From contig CAWJSJ010000001.1 in assembly GCA_963845565.1 (NCBI GenBank), forward strand, positions 992,001 to 1,056,000: a stretch of DNA of 64,000 nucleotides, given 5' to 3'. The position numbers were made by a program, and so were the translations under genes. The DNA comes from an uncultured Methylomirabilota bacterium. GTDB lineage: Bacteria; Methylomirabilota; Methylomirabilia; Methylomirabilales; 2-02-FULL-66-22. How positions within the stretch are numbered: position 1 is the stretch's first letter; each line of letters starts with the position of its first letter. This document shows, in pieces, positions 19,364 to 30,616 of this stretch. A model generated the notes under the pieces. That model was not told the origin of the DNA. It saw only the letters and a list, made by a program, of their open reading frames with translations, and did not search any database.

Positions 19364-21965
19364 TCAGCCCGCCACCACGATGTTGACCAGCCGGTCCGGA
19401 ATCACGACCACCTTGCGCACCGCCCGACCCTCGATCCACGGCTGGACGCGCGGCTCGGCCAGCGCCAGGGCCTTGAGCGGCTCCTCGGCGTACCCGCGCG
19501 CCACCTCGCAGCCGCGCGCGGACCTTGCCGTTCACCTGCACGACAACCTCCACGCGCTCCTCCAGGACCAGCGCCGGGTCGGCCGTCGGCCACGCCTCAC
19601 GGAAGATGCTGGCAGGCTGGCCCAGCATCTCCCAGAGCTCTTCCGCCATGTGCGGCGCAAAGGGGGCCAGCAAGGTCAGGAGCACCCGAACCCCCTCGGC
19701 GAACGCCAGGACCCGCGGGTCGGCGGGGGAGGCGGCCGACACCCGGTCCTGGAACCGCCCCAGCGTATTCTGCAGTTCCATCAACGCCGCCAGGGCGGTG
19801 TTGAAGTGGAACGAGTCTTCCAGGTCGCGCGTGACCCGGGCGATGGTCTGGTGCGTCGCGCGGCGCAAGAGGCGCACCTCCTCATCCGGATCGCCGGCCG
19901 CCCAGTGCCCACCCTGGGCGGCGCGGAGGAGCGGCGCCCGCTCCTCGACCAGGCGCCACACGCGTTGCAGGAAGCGGAAGGAGCCCTGGACGCCGTCGTC
20001 CGACCACTCCAGGTCTTTCTCCGGAGGGGCCGCAAACAAGGAGAAGAGCCGGATGGTGTCCGCGCCGTAGTCCGTCAGCAGGTCGTCCGGGTCCACCACG
20101 TTCTTCTTCGACTTCGACATCTTCTCGGTCCGCCCGACTTCCACCGGGGCCTGGCACTCGCGGCATCGCCCCGCCTTGTCCACCTCGCCGGGCAACCGGT
20201 ACCCGTGGGTCGGACAGCGGTGGGACTCCTTGCAGACCATGCCCTGCGTCAGCAGGTTGGTGAACGGCTCGCCGACCGGGCTGAGGCCCAGGTCGCGGCA
20301 GACCTTGGTGAAAAAGCGGGCGTAGAGGAGGTGCAGCACCGCGTGCTCGATCCCGCCGATGTACTGATCCACCGGCATCCAGTGGCGGACCGTGTTCGCA
20401 TCCAGCGGCCGGGAGTCCGCGTGCGGACTGGTGAAGCGCAGGAAGTACCAGGACGAATCGACGAAGGTGTCCATGGTGTCCGTCTCGCGCCGGCCCGGAC
20501 GGCCGCAGGTCGGACAGGCGGCCTGCGCGAAACTCTCCACCCGCGCCAGGGGCGACCCGCCGCTCATCGTGATGGCCACGTCCTGGGGCAGGATCACGGG
20601 CAGGTCACGCTCCGGGACCGGCACCACGCCGCACGCGTCGCAGTAGATCACCGGGATGGGCGTCCCCCAGTACCGCTGGCGGGAGACGAGCCAGTCGCGG
20701 ATCCGGTAGTTCACCGCCCGCGTCCCCGTTCCCTGCTCTTCCAGGTGATCGCAGACGGCCAGGAGCCCTTCCTGGTTCGCCATGCCCGTGAAGCGGCCCG
20801 AGTTGACCATCCGGCCGTCGCCGTCGAAGGCCGCCTCCAGGGAGGCGCCGTCGCGGAGCGCCTCGCCCGTCGGCTGGATCACGACCCGGATGGGCAGCTG
20901 GTACTTCCGGGCCATGTCGAAGTCCCGCTGATCGTGGGCCGGCACCGCCATGATCGCGCCGGTGCCGTACTCCATCAGGATGAAGTTCGCCACCCAGATG
21001 GGGATCCGCTCGCGGGTCAGCGGGTTGATGGCGTAGGCCCCGGTGAACACGCCCTCCTTGTCGGTCGTCGCCTCCGTCCGGGCCGTCCGCTCGGCGCGCC
21101 GCATGCGTTCCACGAAGGCGGCCACCGCATCCGCCTGCGGGGTCCCCGCGGAGAGATCGAGGGTCAGCGGATGTTCCGGCGCCAGCACCATGAAGGTCGC
21201 ACCGTAGAGCGTGTCCGGTCGCGTGGTGAAGATGCGGATGCTCCCGCCCCGCTCCAGCGCGAAATCCACCTCCGCCCCGACGCTCTTCCCGATCCAGTTC
21301 CGCTGCATCGTGCGCACGCGCTCGGGCCACCCCGGCAGCGTCTCGAGATCCCGCAGCAGCTCCTCCACGTAGGCGGTGATCCGGAAGAACCATTGCCGCA
21401 GCTCCCGCTGGACCACCGGGGTGTCGCCGTGCCGCCAGCAGACGCCGCCCTCGGCCTGCTCGTTGCTGAGCACCGACTGGCAGCGCTCGCACCAGTTCAC
21501 CGGCGCGGTCTTCTGGTAGGCCAGGCCGCGCTCCAGCATCTGCAGGAAGAACCACTGGTTCCAGCGGTAGTAGGCGGGCTCGCAGCAGGTGACCTCGCGG
21601 TCCCAGTCGTACGAGAACCCCATCCGTCGCAGCTGGGACTTCATGTAGGCGATGTTGTCCCGGGTCCACTTGGCCGGGTGGATGCCGTGCTCAAAGGCGG
21701 CGTTCTCGGCGGGGAAGCCGAACGCGTCCCACCCCATCGGATGGAGCACGTTGTACCCGCGCATGGACAGATAGCGCGCCACCACGTCCCCGATGGAGTA
21801 GTTCCGGACGTGGCCCATGTGGATCTTGCCCGACGGGTAGGGGTACATCTCCAGGCAATAGTACTTCGGCCGGGTCGGGTCCTCGGTCACGGCGAACGTG
21901 CGGCGCTCGTCCCAGATCCCCTGCCATTTCTTCTCAATGGCACCAAAATCGTAGCCGCGTGGCAT
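19364..21965 (-). CDS. leuS: Leucine--tRNA ligase (apparent frameshift at about 19508)
   Basis: [36 protein letters not shown]. After [11 protein letters not shown] the true C-terminus (EVARG...[16 protein letters not shown]) continues in another frame to TGA at 19364. Confidence 0.95.
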
Positions 21966-22045
21966 GGACATCCTCCGGTTCTCCGTCCGCTCTATGTAAC
22001 ATGAGTCCCGCACGTTGACAAGTCGGCACGCCGCCCGACCGTCGT

Positions 22046-22780
22046 TCAATATTCGACCGACACGAGGCACAACCCGTGCGGGAGCGCCGTCTTCCCGGCG
22101 GCACGACGGTCCCGGGACGCCAGGATCTCAGCCAGATCAGCGGCCCGCCGCTTCCCCCGCCCGATCTCGAGCAGGGTCCCCACGATGATCCGCACCATGT
22201 GCTGGAGGAACGCGTTGCCGTCGATCTCGAAGTGCCACCGGTCGCCCTCCGCCCGCCAGGCGGCTCGCGTCACGGTGCGGATGGGCGTGGCCGCGGCGCA
22301 GGTCCCGGCGCGAAACGCGGAGAAGTCGTGGGTGCCGACCAGACACCGCGCCGCCTCCTCCATGGCGCACCGATCCAGCGGATACGGCACGTACAGACTG
22401 TATCGGGCCGCCACCGCCGCCGGATAGTCGCGCCGGAGCACCGTGTAGCGGTAGGTCTTGGATCGGGCGGAACGTCGCGCGTCGAAGTCCGGCGACACCG
22501 TCTCGGCGCGGCACACCACGATGTCGTGCGGCAGGAGCGCGTTGAGGGCCCGGCGCAGCGCGCCGTCGTCGAGGCGCAGCGTCGCGGTACAGCTGGCCAC
22601 CTGGCCGAGCGCATGCACCCCCGCGTCCGTCCGCCCCGCGCCCATCACCGGGACGGGCGCCCCGGCCAACCGAGAGAGCACCGCCTCCAGCCGACCCTGG
22701 ACGGTGTCCAGGCCGGGTTGCACCTGCCATCCGTGATACGCCGTCCCGTCGTACTCCAGCACCAGCTTGAGACGCCGCAT
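22046..22780 (-). CDS. truA: tRNA pseudouridine(38-40) synthase
   Basis: [32 protein letters not shown]. Confidence 0.96.
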   Translation of the reverse strand: MRRLKLVLEYDGTAYHGWQVQPGLDTVQGRLEAVLSRLAGAPVPVMGAGRTDAGVHALGQVASCTATLRLDDGALRRALNALLPHDIVVCRAETVSPDFDARRSARSKTYRYTVLRRDYPAAVAARYSLYVPYPLDRCAMEEAARCLVGTHDFSAFRAGTCAAATPIRTVTRAAWRAEGDRWHFEIDGNAFLQHMVRIIVGTLLEIGRGKRRAADLAEILASRDRRAAGKTALPHGLCLVSVEY

Positions 22781-22873
22781 CCGGACACTCCCCGACGGCC
22801 TGCGCCCCCCCCGCACGCAAAGAGGCTCCGGCGGCGCGGTGCGCCGCCGGAGCCCCCGTCATGCGCCCTGCGC

Positions 22874-23896
22874 TCAGAGATACGTCTCGATCAGGCGCTC
22901 CGCGATCTGCACCGCGTTCAGCGCGGCCCCCTTGCGAAGCTGATCCCCCACCACCCAGAAGTTCAGGCCGTTCGGGACCGCGAGATCCTCGCGGATCCGG
23001 CCGACGTAACAGTCGTCCGTCCCGGCGGCGAAGAGCGGCATCGGGTAGCGCTTGTTGGCGGGATCGTCCTGGACCTGGAGGCCCGGGAAGGCGGCGAATA
23101 ACTCCCGCGCCTTGGCCGGCGTGATCTTGGTCTCCGTCTCCACGTGGACCGACACCGAATGCGCGGTGAACACCGGCACCCGCACGGTGGTGGGCGAGAT
23201 CAGGATCCTCTCGTCCTCCAGGATCTTCCGGCTCTCGTGCACCAGCTTCATCTCTTCCTTGGTGTACCCGTTCTCCTGAAAGACATCGATGTGGGGCAGG
23301 ACGTTGAAGGCGATCTGGTACGGGAAGATCGCCACCGGGATCGGCTCGTCCTTCGCCCAGGCGCGCACCTGCGCCTTGAACTCCTCCAGCGCCATGGCCC
23401 CCGCCCCGGAGACCGCTTGATAGCTCGACGCCACCACGCGGCGGATCCGGCTGAAGCGGTGCAGGGGAGCCAGCGCCATCAGCGTCACGATCGTCGTGCA
23501 GTTCGGATTCGCGATGATTCCCCGTTTGGTGTACCCCGCGATCGCGTGCGGGTTGATCTCGGGCACCACCAACGGGACATCCGGCTCCATCCGGAAGGCG
23601 GAGCTGTTGTCCACCACCACCGCCCCCGACTGCCACGCCGCCGGTGCGAACTCTTTACTGCGGCCGGCCCCGGCGGAGAACAGGGCGACGTCCACTCCCT
23701 CGAATGCGCCGGCCGTCAACTGCTCCACCCGGACCGCCTCGCCCTGGAAGGCCAGCGTCTTGCCCACCGACCGCTCCGAGGCCAGCAGCCGGATGCGTCG
23801 GACCGGAAACTTCCGCTCCTCGAGCACCCGCAGCATGACCTCGCCCACCGCCCCCGTCGCCCCGGCGACGGCCACCACGTATCCGTCTTTACGCAT
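22874..23896 (-). CDS. asd: Aspartate-semialdehyde dehydrogenase
   Basis: GATGAVG, DNSSAFR, ANPNCTT, YQAVSGAG, DQLRKGAALNAVQIAE. Confidence 0.97.
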   Translation of the reverse strand: MRKDGYVVAVAGATGAVGEVMLRVLEERKFPVRRIRLLASERSVGKTLAFQGEAVRVEQLTAGAFEGVDVALFSAGAGRSKEFAPAAWQSGAVVVDNSSAFRMEPDVPLVVPEINPHAIAGYTKRGIIANPNCTTIVTLMALAPLHRFSRIRRVVASSYQAVSGAGAMALEEFKAQVRAWAKDEPIPVAIFPYQIAFNVLPHIDVFQENGYTKEEMKLVHESRKILEDERILISPTTVRVPVFTAHSVSVHVETETKITPAKARELFAAFPGLQVQDDPANKRYPMPLFAAGTDDCYVGRIREDLAVPNGLNFWVVGDQLRKGAALNAVQIAERLIETYL

Positions 23897-23947
23897 GATC
23901 CCCCGACCCTCCTCCTCCCGCGTCCCCGGGATGGTCGCGCCGCCGGC

Positions 23948-25477
23948 CTACTTCCCGGCGCCGCCGGGCTGCCGCGCCACGACCTTGTTGATGGCATTCA
24001 GATAGGCCCGGACGCTCGCCTCGATGACGTCGGTCGAGCTCCCGCGGCCGACGACCCGCCGGCCGTCGATCTCCACCGCCGCCGTCACCTCGCCCAGCGC
24101 GTCCTTGCCCGCCGTGATGGCGCGGATCTGGTACTCCAGCAGCGTCCCGGGCACCTTGGTGATCAGATCGATGGCCTTGTAGGCCGCATCCACGGGGCCG
24201 TCGCCCCACCCCGATTCCTGGAACGTCTCGTCCTGCATCCGCAGGCGCACGGTGGCCGTGGGCACGATGTTGGTCCCGCTGGTGAACTGCAGGTGCTCCA
24301 GGGTGTACCCGTGCCCCGAGGTCAAGAGCTCGTCCTCCACCAGGGCCAGGAGGTCCTCGTCGAACACCTCTTTCTTCCGGTCGCAGAGATCCTTGAACCG
24401 GCCGAACGCCTTGTTCAGATCCTCCTCGCCCAGGTCCACCCCGAGTTCCTCGAGTCGCTTCTTGAAGGCATGCCGACCCGAATGCTTCCCCAGCACCAGC
24501 TGGCTCTTGGGGACCCCCACCGATTCGGGGGTCATGATCTCGTAGGTGAGCGGCGTCTGCAGGACGCCGTGCTGATGGATGCCCGCCTCGTGCGCGAACG
24601 CGTTGGCCCCCACGATGGCCTTGTTGGGCTGGACGTTCACGCCGGTGATGGACTGCAGCAGCTTGGAGGTGCGATAGATCTCCTCGGTGCGGATCGCCGT
24701 GTCGAAGGCGAAGAAGTCCTTCCGCGTGCGGAGCGCCATCACCAGCTCTTCCAGCGAGGCGTTGCCCGCGCGCTCGCCGATGCCGTTGACGGTGCATTCC
24801 ACCTGCCGGGCGCCGGCCCGGATGGCCTCCAGCGAATTGGCCACCCCCAGGCCGAGATCGTTGTGGCAGTGCGCGCTCACCACCACCCGCTCGATCCCGG
24901 GGACCCGGTGCATCAGGTTCCTGATCCGCTCGCCGAATTCCCACGGCAGGCCGTACCCGACCGTGTCGGGGATATTGATCGTGGTGGCGCCGGCTTTGAT
25001 CGCCGCCTCCACCACGCGACAGAGATAGTCCTGGTCGGTCCGGTGCGCATCCTCGGCCGAGAACTCCACGTCGTCGGTGTACCCCTTGGCCCGCTTCACG
25101 GCGGCCACGGTCGCCTCCAGCACCTCGGCCTGGGTGGTTTTCAGTTTATACTTGATGTGAATCTCGGACGTCGCGATGAAGGTGTGGATCCGGGGCCGCT
25201 CCGCCCCCTTCACCGCTTCCGCGCATCGGTCGATGTCCACGTCCTTGGCCCGCGCCAGTCCGGCGATGATCGGCCCCCCCTTGACTGCCTTGGCCACGGC
25301 CCGGACGGCCTCGAAGTCGTCCTGCGAGGCGATCGGGAACCCCGCCTCCATCACGTCCACGCCCAGCCGGGCCAGCTGCTTCGCCAGTTCGACCTTTTCC
25401 TTGGTGTTCATGCTGCACCCGGGCGACTGCTCGCCGTCGCGCAGCGTCGTGTCGAAGATCAGAATACGCTCTGCCAT
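23948..25477 (-). CDS. leuA: 2-isopropylmalate synthase
   Basis: [40 protein letters not shown], regulatory GDGPVDA. Confidence 0.97.
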   Translation of the reverse strand: MAERILIFDTTLRDGEQSPGCSMNTKEKVELAKQLARLGVDVMEAGFPIASQDDFEAVRAVAKAVKGGPIIAGLARAKDVDIDRCAEAVKGAERPRIHTFIATSEIHIKYKLKTTQAEVLEATVAAVKRAKGYTDDVEFSAEDAHRTDQDYLCRVVEAAIKAGATTINIPDTVGYGLPWEFGERIRNLMHRVPGIERVVVSAHCHNDLGLGVANSLEAIRAGARQVECTVNGIGERAGNASLEELVMALRTRKDFFAFDTAIRTEEIYRTSKLLQSITGVNVQPNKAIVGANAFAHEAGIHQHGVLQTPLTYEIMTPESVGVPKSQLVLGKHSGRHAFKKRLEELGVDLGEEDLNKAFGRFKDLCDRKKEVFDEDLLALVEDELLTSGHGYTLEHLQFTSGTNIVPTATVRLRMQDETFQESGWGDGPVDAAYKAIDLITKVPGTLLEYQIRAITAGKDALGEVTAAVEIDGRRVVGRGSSTDVIEASVRAYLNAINKVVARQPGGAGK

Positions 25478-25502
25478 GGGTGTCACCCTCCCAAGCCGCG
25501 CC

Positions 25503-26303
25503 CTAGTGTTTGCCCGGGGCGGGCTGTTCGATCGTTTCCGCGGGACGCCGCCGCTTCCAGAACGGCAGCATCCGGACCACGCCCGACAGGGCGTACGCGC
25601 TAAAGCAGACGAACAGGAACAGGCTGGGGTGCGAGGCCACGATGAGCAAGACCAGGAGCAACGTGGTCAAGATCGTGAACGGCCGCCGCCGCCGCATCTC
25701 CAGCCCCTTCAGGCTCCGATGGCGCACCCGGCTCACCATCAGGAACCCGAGCGCGTACATCCCAAGCAAGACTCCGGCAGCGGTCGCATTGGGCGACGCC
25801 AGCTCGCGCCCGTAGACGACCACTGCCGAGGACTCCTTCATGAACAGCACGAACGTGGCCACCACCGCCGCCGCCGCCGGGATGGGCAGACCGACGAAGT
25901 ACCGCTTGTCGAGGATGTGGGTCTGCACGTTGAAGCGGGCCAACCGGAACGCCCCGCAGGCCGCGAACGCGAAGGCCGCCAGGCCGCCGATCCAGCCGAA
26001 CGGTCGTAACGCGAAGACGTACGCCAAGAGCGCAGGCGCCACGCCGAACGAGACCAGGTCGGCCAGGGAGTCCAGCTGGATCCCCAGATCGCTGGTGGTC
26101 CCCGTCATCCGCGCGACGCCGCCGTCCAGCACGTCGAAGACCTCTGCCAGCAGGATGGCCACGGCGGCGGCCAGGTACTCGTCGTTGTACACGGCGATCA
26201 GCGCATAGAACCCGCAGAACAGGTTCCCCAGCGTGAGGATGCTCGGGAGCAGATACACACCACGCCGCATCCGCCGGCGCATGCCCGCCCGTCGTTCCGT
26301 CAT
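25503..26303 (-). CDS. pssA: CDP-diacylglycerol--serine O-phosphatidyltransferase
   Basis: [19 protein letters not shown]...[28 protein letters not shown]. Confidence 0.93.
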   Translation of the reverse strand: MTERRAGMRRRMRRGVYLLPSILTLGNLFCGFYALIAVYNDEYLAAAVAILLAEVFDVLDGGVARMTGTTSDLGIQLDSLADLVSFGVAPALLAYVFALRPFGWIGGLAAFAFAACGAFRLARFNVQTHILDKRYFVGLPIPAAAAVVATFVLFMKESSAVVVYGRELASPNATAAGVLLGMYALGFLMVSRVRHRSLKGLEMRRRRPFTILTTLLLVLLIVASHPSLFLFVCFSAYALSGVVRMLPFWKRRRPAETIEQPAPGKH

Positions 26304-26432
26304 GGGCCGGTCTTTCCACCGCGCGCGGGCTTGCAGCCATCGCGCGCGCGGGCCCTTCGCCCGGTCGCGGGACTCCCCGGATGCCCGGGGCCCGATCACT
26401 CGTGGTCCGTTTGGCATCGTTCTACCCTCCCC

Positions 26433-26537
26433 TTAGGAGCCGTTACGAAATAACCTATACATCTCTTTCTATTTCGTTACGGCTCCTTATGCCGTTTCGG
26501 ATTGTCTCCGCTCAACTAATTCTTTGGCAACGGCTTA
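26433..26537. mobile_element. MITE-like element A, copy 1 (105 bp)
   Basis: TTA-GGAGCCGTTACGAAAT..ATTTCGTTACGGCTCC-TTA-TGCCGTT..CAACGGC-TTA; two further copies in the window. Confidence 0.8.
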
Positions 26538-27173
26538 CGGTATCACGCCCAGGATCGTGCTACCCCCCTTGACGGTCTGCCCGCGGCGCACCCGCAACAC
26601 GACCGCCTCGGGCAGGATGCAGTCTGCGCGAGACCCGAACCGGATCAGACCGATCCGGTCGCCGGCGGCGACTTTCCCCCCCGGCCGAACCCGGCACACG
26701 ATGCGCCGGGCGATCAACCCGGCGATCAGCTTCACCCACACATCGCCGTCGGGTGTGGCGAAGCGAATCAGCGTCTGCTCGTTCTCCTGCGAGGCCTCTT
26801 CGTCCCACGCCGCCATGAAGCGGCCGGGTCGGTGGGTCACCTCTTGGACGAGGGCGGAAATCGGCGCCCGGTTCACGTGCACATCGAAGACCGACAGGAA
26901 AATGCTGATCCGCACCAGCGGCTCCCCGAACGGCCCTTTCCAGTCGGGAAAGGGCTTGATGGCCACGATCTTCCCGTCCGCCGGCGCCAAGATGATCCGC
27001 TCGCCCGTCGGGATCTCTCGCTCTGGATCCCGGAAGAAGTACACCATGAAGGCCGCGAGCAGGAGAACCACCGTCCCGCTCCCCGGAAAGCGGAACAGGA
27101 ACAGCAAACCGCTCACGGCCAGCGTCGGCACGATAAAGATCAGTCCGTCTCGTTCGATCGGGAGTTTTCCCAT
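26535..27173 (-). CDS. psd: Phosphatidylserine decarboxylase proenzyme (short type)
   Basis: FFRDPER, APADG, ISIFLSVFDVHVNRAP, AGLIARRI, IRFGSR. Confidence 0.94.
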   Translation of the reverse strand: MGKLPIERDGLIFIVPTLAVSGLLFLFRFPGSGTVVLLLAAFMVYFFRDPEREIPTGERIILAPADGKIVAIKPFPDWKGPFGEPLVRISIFLSVFDVHVNRAPISALVQEVTHRPGRFMAAWDEEASQENEQTLIRFATPDGDVWVKLIAGLIARRIVCRVRPGGKVAAGDRIGLIRFGSRADCILPEAVVLRVRRGQTVKGGSTILGVIP

Positions 27174-27268
27174 ATTACATTGATTCTATTAATCAATATG
27201 TTACGGAATACACCTCATACAAAAAATGACATTATACTCGCCTCGCAAAACGCGGGACCGGTCCTCAA

Positions 27269-29950
27269 TCAGCCGTTCATTTGCCCGCGCACGAGGTCGA
27301 CCAGCTTCGCCAAGGCGTCCGGAATCCTGGCGGGATCCTTCCCCCCCGCCTCCGCCATGTCGGGTCGGCCGCCGCCTCCGCCGCCCGTGAGCTTGGCCAA
27401 GTCGCGCGCGAGGTGGCCGGCGTGCAGCCGTCCGGTCAGATCTTTCGTCACCATGGTAACCCAGGTGACCTTGCCGTCCCCGTGCATGGCGAGAGCCACC
27501 ACGCCACGCTGCAACCGATCCCGCACGCGATCGCCCAGCTCTCGCATCCCCTTGGCGTCCGTCGCCTCGACCAGCGCCCCCACCACGCGGACGCCGTCCA
27601 CGTCGACGGCGCCGGCAAGCAGTCGCTCCAGCGTCCCGCCGAGCAGGCGGGCCTGCAGGCGCTGCACCTCCCGCTCCAGGTCCCGGCTCGTCTCGGCCAG
27701 CTTCTCGACCTTCTCGACCAGCTCCAGCGGGCGCGCCTTGAGTCGTGCCGCCGTCTCCGTCAACACCTGCGCTTCCCGCTTCATGTGCTGATAGGCCCCG
27801 GGTCCTGTGACCGCTTCGATCCGCCGCACGCCCGCTGCCACCCCGCCCTGCGCCAGAATCTTGAAGAGGCCGATCTCGCCCGTCGCCTCCACGTGCGTGC
27901 CGCCGCACAGTTCGGTACTGAACTCGGGGACGCTCACCACCCGGACCTGCTCCCCGTACTTCTCGCCGAAGAGCGCCATGGCGCCCGAGGCCAGCGCCTC
28001 GTCCAGGCCCATCACCTGCGTCGTGACGCCGCGGTTCTCCCACACCTGGGTGTTGACCGCCTCCTCGATCCGGTCGACTTCGTGCGGGCTGAGGGGACTG
28101 AAGTGCGTGAAGTCGAAGCGGAGCCGGTCCGGCGCGACCAGCGAGCCGGCCTGCTTGACATGATCCCCCAGCGTCTGGCGCAGCGCCGCGTGGAGCAGGT
28201 GGGTGGCGGTGTGATTTTTGGCGGTCATCCGCCGGCGTCCCTCGTCCACGGCGGCCCGGACCGTCTGACCCCGCCGCAACGTCCCGCGCTTCACCCGCAC
28301 GCGATGCAGCACCAGCCCCGGCACCGGCCGCCGGGCATCCTCCACCTCGGCCGTCAGGCCGTCCGCCGCCAGCGATCCCGTGTCGCCGACCTGGCCGCCC
28401 GCCTCGGGATAGAACGGGGTCCGGTCGAGCAGCACCTCGCCCGAGGCGCCCGCCTCCAGCGCGTCGGCCGGTTGCTGCGCCTCCCCGACCAGGATGGCGA
28501 CGACCCGCGCCTCGGCGGTCCGCGTGGCGTACCACAGCCCCTCGACGCGCACCGTGCCGATCAGCTCTTTCAGACCATTCGGGATCTCGACCTCGCCGGA
28601 GCCGACCCAGGACTCGCGCGCGCGCGTCCGCTGCTCGGCCATGGCGCGCTCGAACCCGGGCTCATCCAGCGCCAGACCGTGGTCCGAGGCGATGTCCCGC
28701 AGGAGATCCACCGGAAACCCGTAGGTGTCGTAGAGCCGGAAAATCTCCGCCCCGGGGATGGCGGCGGCCCCCTGGGCTTTCTGCTGCTCCACCAGGGACT
28801 CCACCAGACGGAGGCCGACCCGCAGGGTGTGGCCGAACCGCTCCTCCTCGGCCAGCGTCACCCGGGCGACATGCTCCCGCGCTTCGGCGAGCTCCGGGTA
28901 GGCCCCCTGCATCACCTCCACCACCCGGCCGGTCACCTTGGCCATGAACGGCTCGTCCACGCCGAGCAGGCGACCGTGGCGGAGGCCGCGCCGCAGGATA
29001 CGGCGCAGCACATAGCCGCGGCCCTCGTTGCTGGGCAGGACGCCGTCGGCCACCAGAAACGTCGTGGACCGGGCATGATCCGCGATGACCCGCAGCGAGA
29101 CGTCCGTCCCGGGGCCGGCACCGTAGCGGACGCCGGACAGATCCTCCATGAAGCCGATGATCGGTCGAAGGAGGTCGCTGTCGAAGTTGCTCGCCACCCC
29201 CTGGAGGACCGCCGCCAGCCGCTCCAGACCGGCGCCGGTGTCGATGCTGGGCCGGGGCAGAGGGGTCAGCACCCCGTTGCCGCTCCGCTCGAACTGCATG
29301 AACACCAGGTTCCACAGCTCCAGGTACCGATCGCAGTCACACCCCACGGCGCAGGTCGGCCGCCCGCATCCCATTCCCGGACCCTGGTCGTAGATGATCT
29401 CGGAGCAGGGGCCGCACGGGCCCGTATCGCCCATCGACCAGAAGTTGTCCTTGGTGGAGCAGGCCACAATCCGGGCATCCGGCACGTAGCGACGCCAGAG
29501 CGCGCGCGCCTCCTCATCCGGGCCGAGCCGCATCCCCGCGTCGCCCTCGTGAATGGTGGCCCACAGCCGCTCGGGCGGCAGGCCGAGGGTCGTCGTCAGG
29601 AATTCCCACGCAAACGCGACCGCGGCCTCCTTGAAATAGTCGCCGAACGAGAAGTTCCCCAGCATCTCGAAGAAGGTGTGGTGCCGCGCCGTCCGCCCCA
29701 CGTTTTCCAGGTCGTTGTGCTTGCCCCCGGCGCGAACGCACTTCTGCGCCGTGACGGCGCGTCGGTACGGGCGCTGCTCGCCCCCGGTGAACACATCCTT
29801 GAACTGCACCATCCCGGCGTTGGTGAAGAGCAGCGTGGGATCGGCCTTCGGGACCAGCGAGGAGCTGGCAACGTGGGTGTGGCCCTGGCGGCCGAAATAC
29901 TCCAGGAAGGCGCGGCGGATGTCATTGCCTGTTTGGGGCGTCGGGGGCAT
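27269..29950 (-). CDS. alaS: Alanine--tRNA ligase
   Basis: LLFTNAGMVQFK, HHTFFEMLGNFSFGDYFK, GPCGPCSE, HTATHLLH, ELCGGTH, GGGGRPDMA. Confidence 0.98.
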   Translation of the reverse strand: MPPTPQTGNDIRRAFLEYFGRQGHTHVASSSLVPKADPTLLFTNAGMVQFKDVFTGGEQRPYRRAVTAQKCVRAGGKHNDLENVGRTARHHTFFEMLGNFSFGDYFKEAAVAFAWEFLTTTLGLPPERLWATIHEGDAGMRLGPDEEARALWRRYVPDARIVACSTKDNFWSMGDTGPCGPCSEIIYDQGPGMGCGRPTCAVGCDCDRYLELWNLVFMQFERSGNGVLTPLPRPSIDTGAGLERLAAVLQGVASNFDSDLLRPIIGFMEDLSGVRYGAGPGTDVSLRVIADHARSTTFLVADGVLPSNEGRGYVLRRILRRGLRHGRLLGVDEPFMAKVTGRVVEVMQGAYPELAEAREHVARVTLAEEERFGHTLRVGLRLVESLVEQQKAQGAAAIPGAEIFRLYDTYGFPVDLLRDIASDHGLALDEPGFERAMAEQRTRARESWVGSGEVEIPNGLKELIGTVRVEGLWYATRTAEARVVAILVGEAQQPADALEAGASGEVLLDRTPFYPEAGGQVGDTGSLAADGLTAEVEDARRPVPGLVLHRVRVKRGTLRRGQTVRAAVDEGRRRMTAKNHTATHLLHAALRQTLGDHVKQAGSLVAPDRLRFDFTHFSPLSPHEVDRIEEAVNTQVWENRGVTTQVMGLDEALASGAMALFGEKYGEQVRVVSVPEFSTELCGGTHVEATGEIGLFKILAQGGVAAGVRRIEAVTGPGAYQHMKREAQVLTETAARLKARPLELVEKVEKLAETSRDLEREVQRLQARLLGGTLERLLAGAVDVDGVRVVGALVEATDAKGMRELGDRVRDRLQRGVVALAMHGDGKVTWVTMVTKDLTGRLHAGHLARDLAKLTGGGGGGRPDMAEAGGKDPARIPDALAKLVDLVRGQMNG

Positions 29951-29981
29951 GGCGATGTTCCTGTGCTGGTGGTCCGGTGTA

Positions 29982-30085
29982 TTAGGAGCCGTTACGAAAT
30001 ACCGTGGCTGTTTTTCGATTTCGTTACGGCTCCTTATGCCGTTCCCGGAATCTCTCCGGTCAAGATATTCTTTGACAACGGCTTA
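29982..30085. mobile_element. MITE-like element A, copy 2 (104 bp)
   Basis: Same inverted repeats as copy 1 with diverged spacers; right TTA is the recX TAA stop. Confidence 0.8.
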
Positions 30086-30616
30086 GTCCGTGTCCGGGGT
30101 CGTGCCGAGGTGCGCGCGACACATCCTGACGATGATCTCCGGCGGAAATCCGCGCCGTTCCAGATAGCCCGCCAGACGGCGCCGCGCCACGGCCGGCGGC
30201 AAACCCGCCAGGGCCTTCAACTTCCGGCGCACGGCCTCTTCGGCCGCGTCGGACGCCGTCCACTCCTCGGCCAGGGCGGAGAGCGCCGCCGCGATCTGAC
30301 CCTCCGGGATCCCTTTCGCCCGGAGCTCCCGGGCCAGGCGGGCGGGCCCGACTGCCGCCCGACGGGCGCGGGCGGTCACCCAGGTCCGGGCGAACTCCGC
30401 ATCGTCCAGATAGCGGCGCGCCGTCAGACGCTCGATGACAGCCGCCACTTCGTCCGGCGGGTAGCCGCGGCGGCCCAGCGTCTGCCGGACCTCGTGGCTG
30501 CTCCGGGACCGGACGGCAAGCAGCTTCAGCGCAATCCCCCACGCGCCCGGCCGCTCGCGCTCGGCCTGCCCCGGACTCGCCTCCCCGCGCCGGCCGCGGG
30601 CCGGTCGGCCCGCCAT
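30083..30616 (-). CDS. recX: Regulatory protein RecX
   Basis: ALKLLAVRSRSSHE, YLDDAEFA, GPARLARELRAKGI, YLERRGF. Confidence 0.9.
   Translation of the reverse strand: MAGRPARGRRGEASPGQAERERPGAWGIALKLLAVRSRSSHEVRQTLGRRGYPPDEVAAVIERLTARRYLDDAEFARTWVTARARRAAVGPARLARELRAKGIPEGQIAAALSALAEEWTASDAAEEAVRRKLKALAGLPPAVARRRLAGYLERRGFPPEIIVRMCRAHLGTTPDTD

Noticed and set aside
26433..26537. Palindromic repeats as a CRISPR array
   Set aside because: Copies are dispersed, with no repeat-spacer periodicity and no cas genes.
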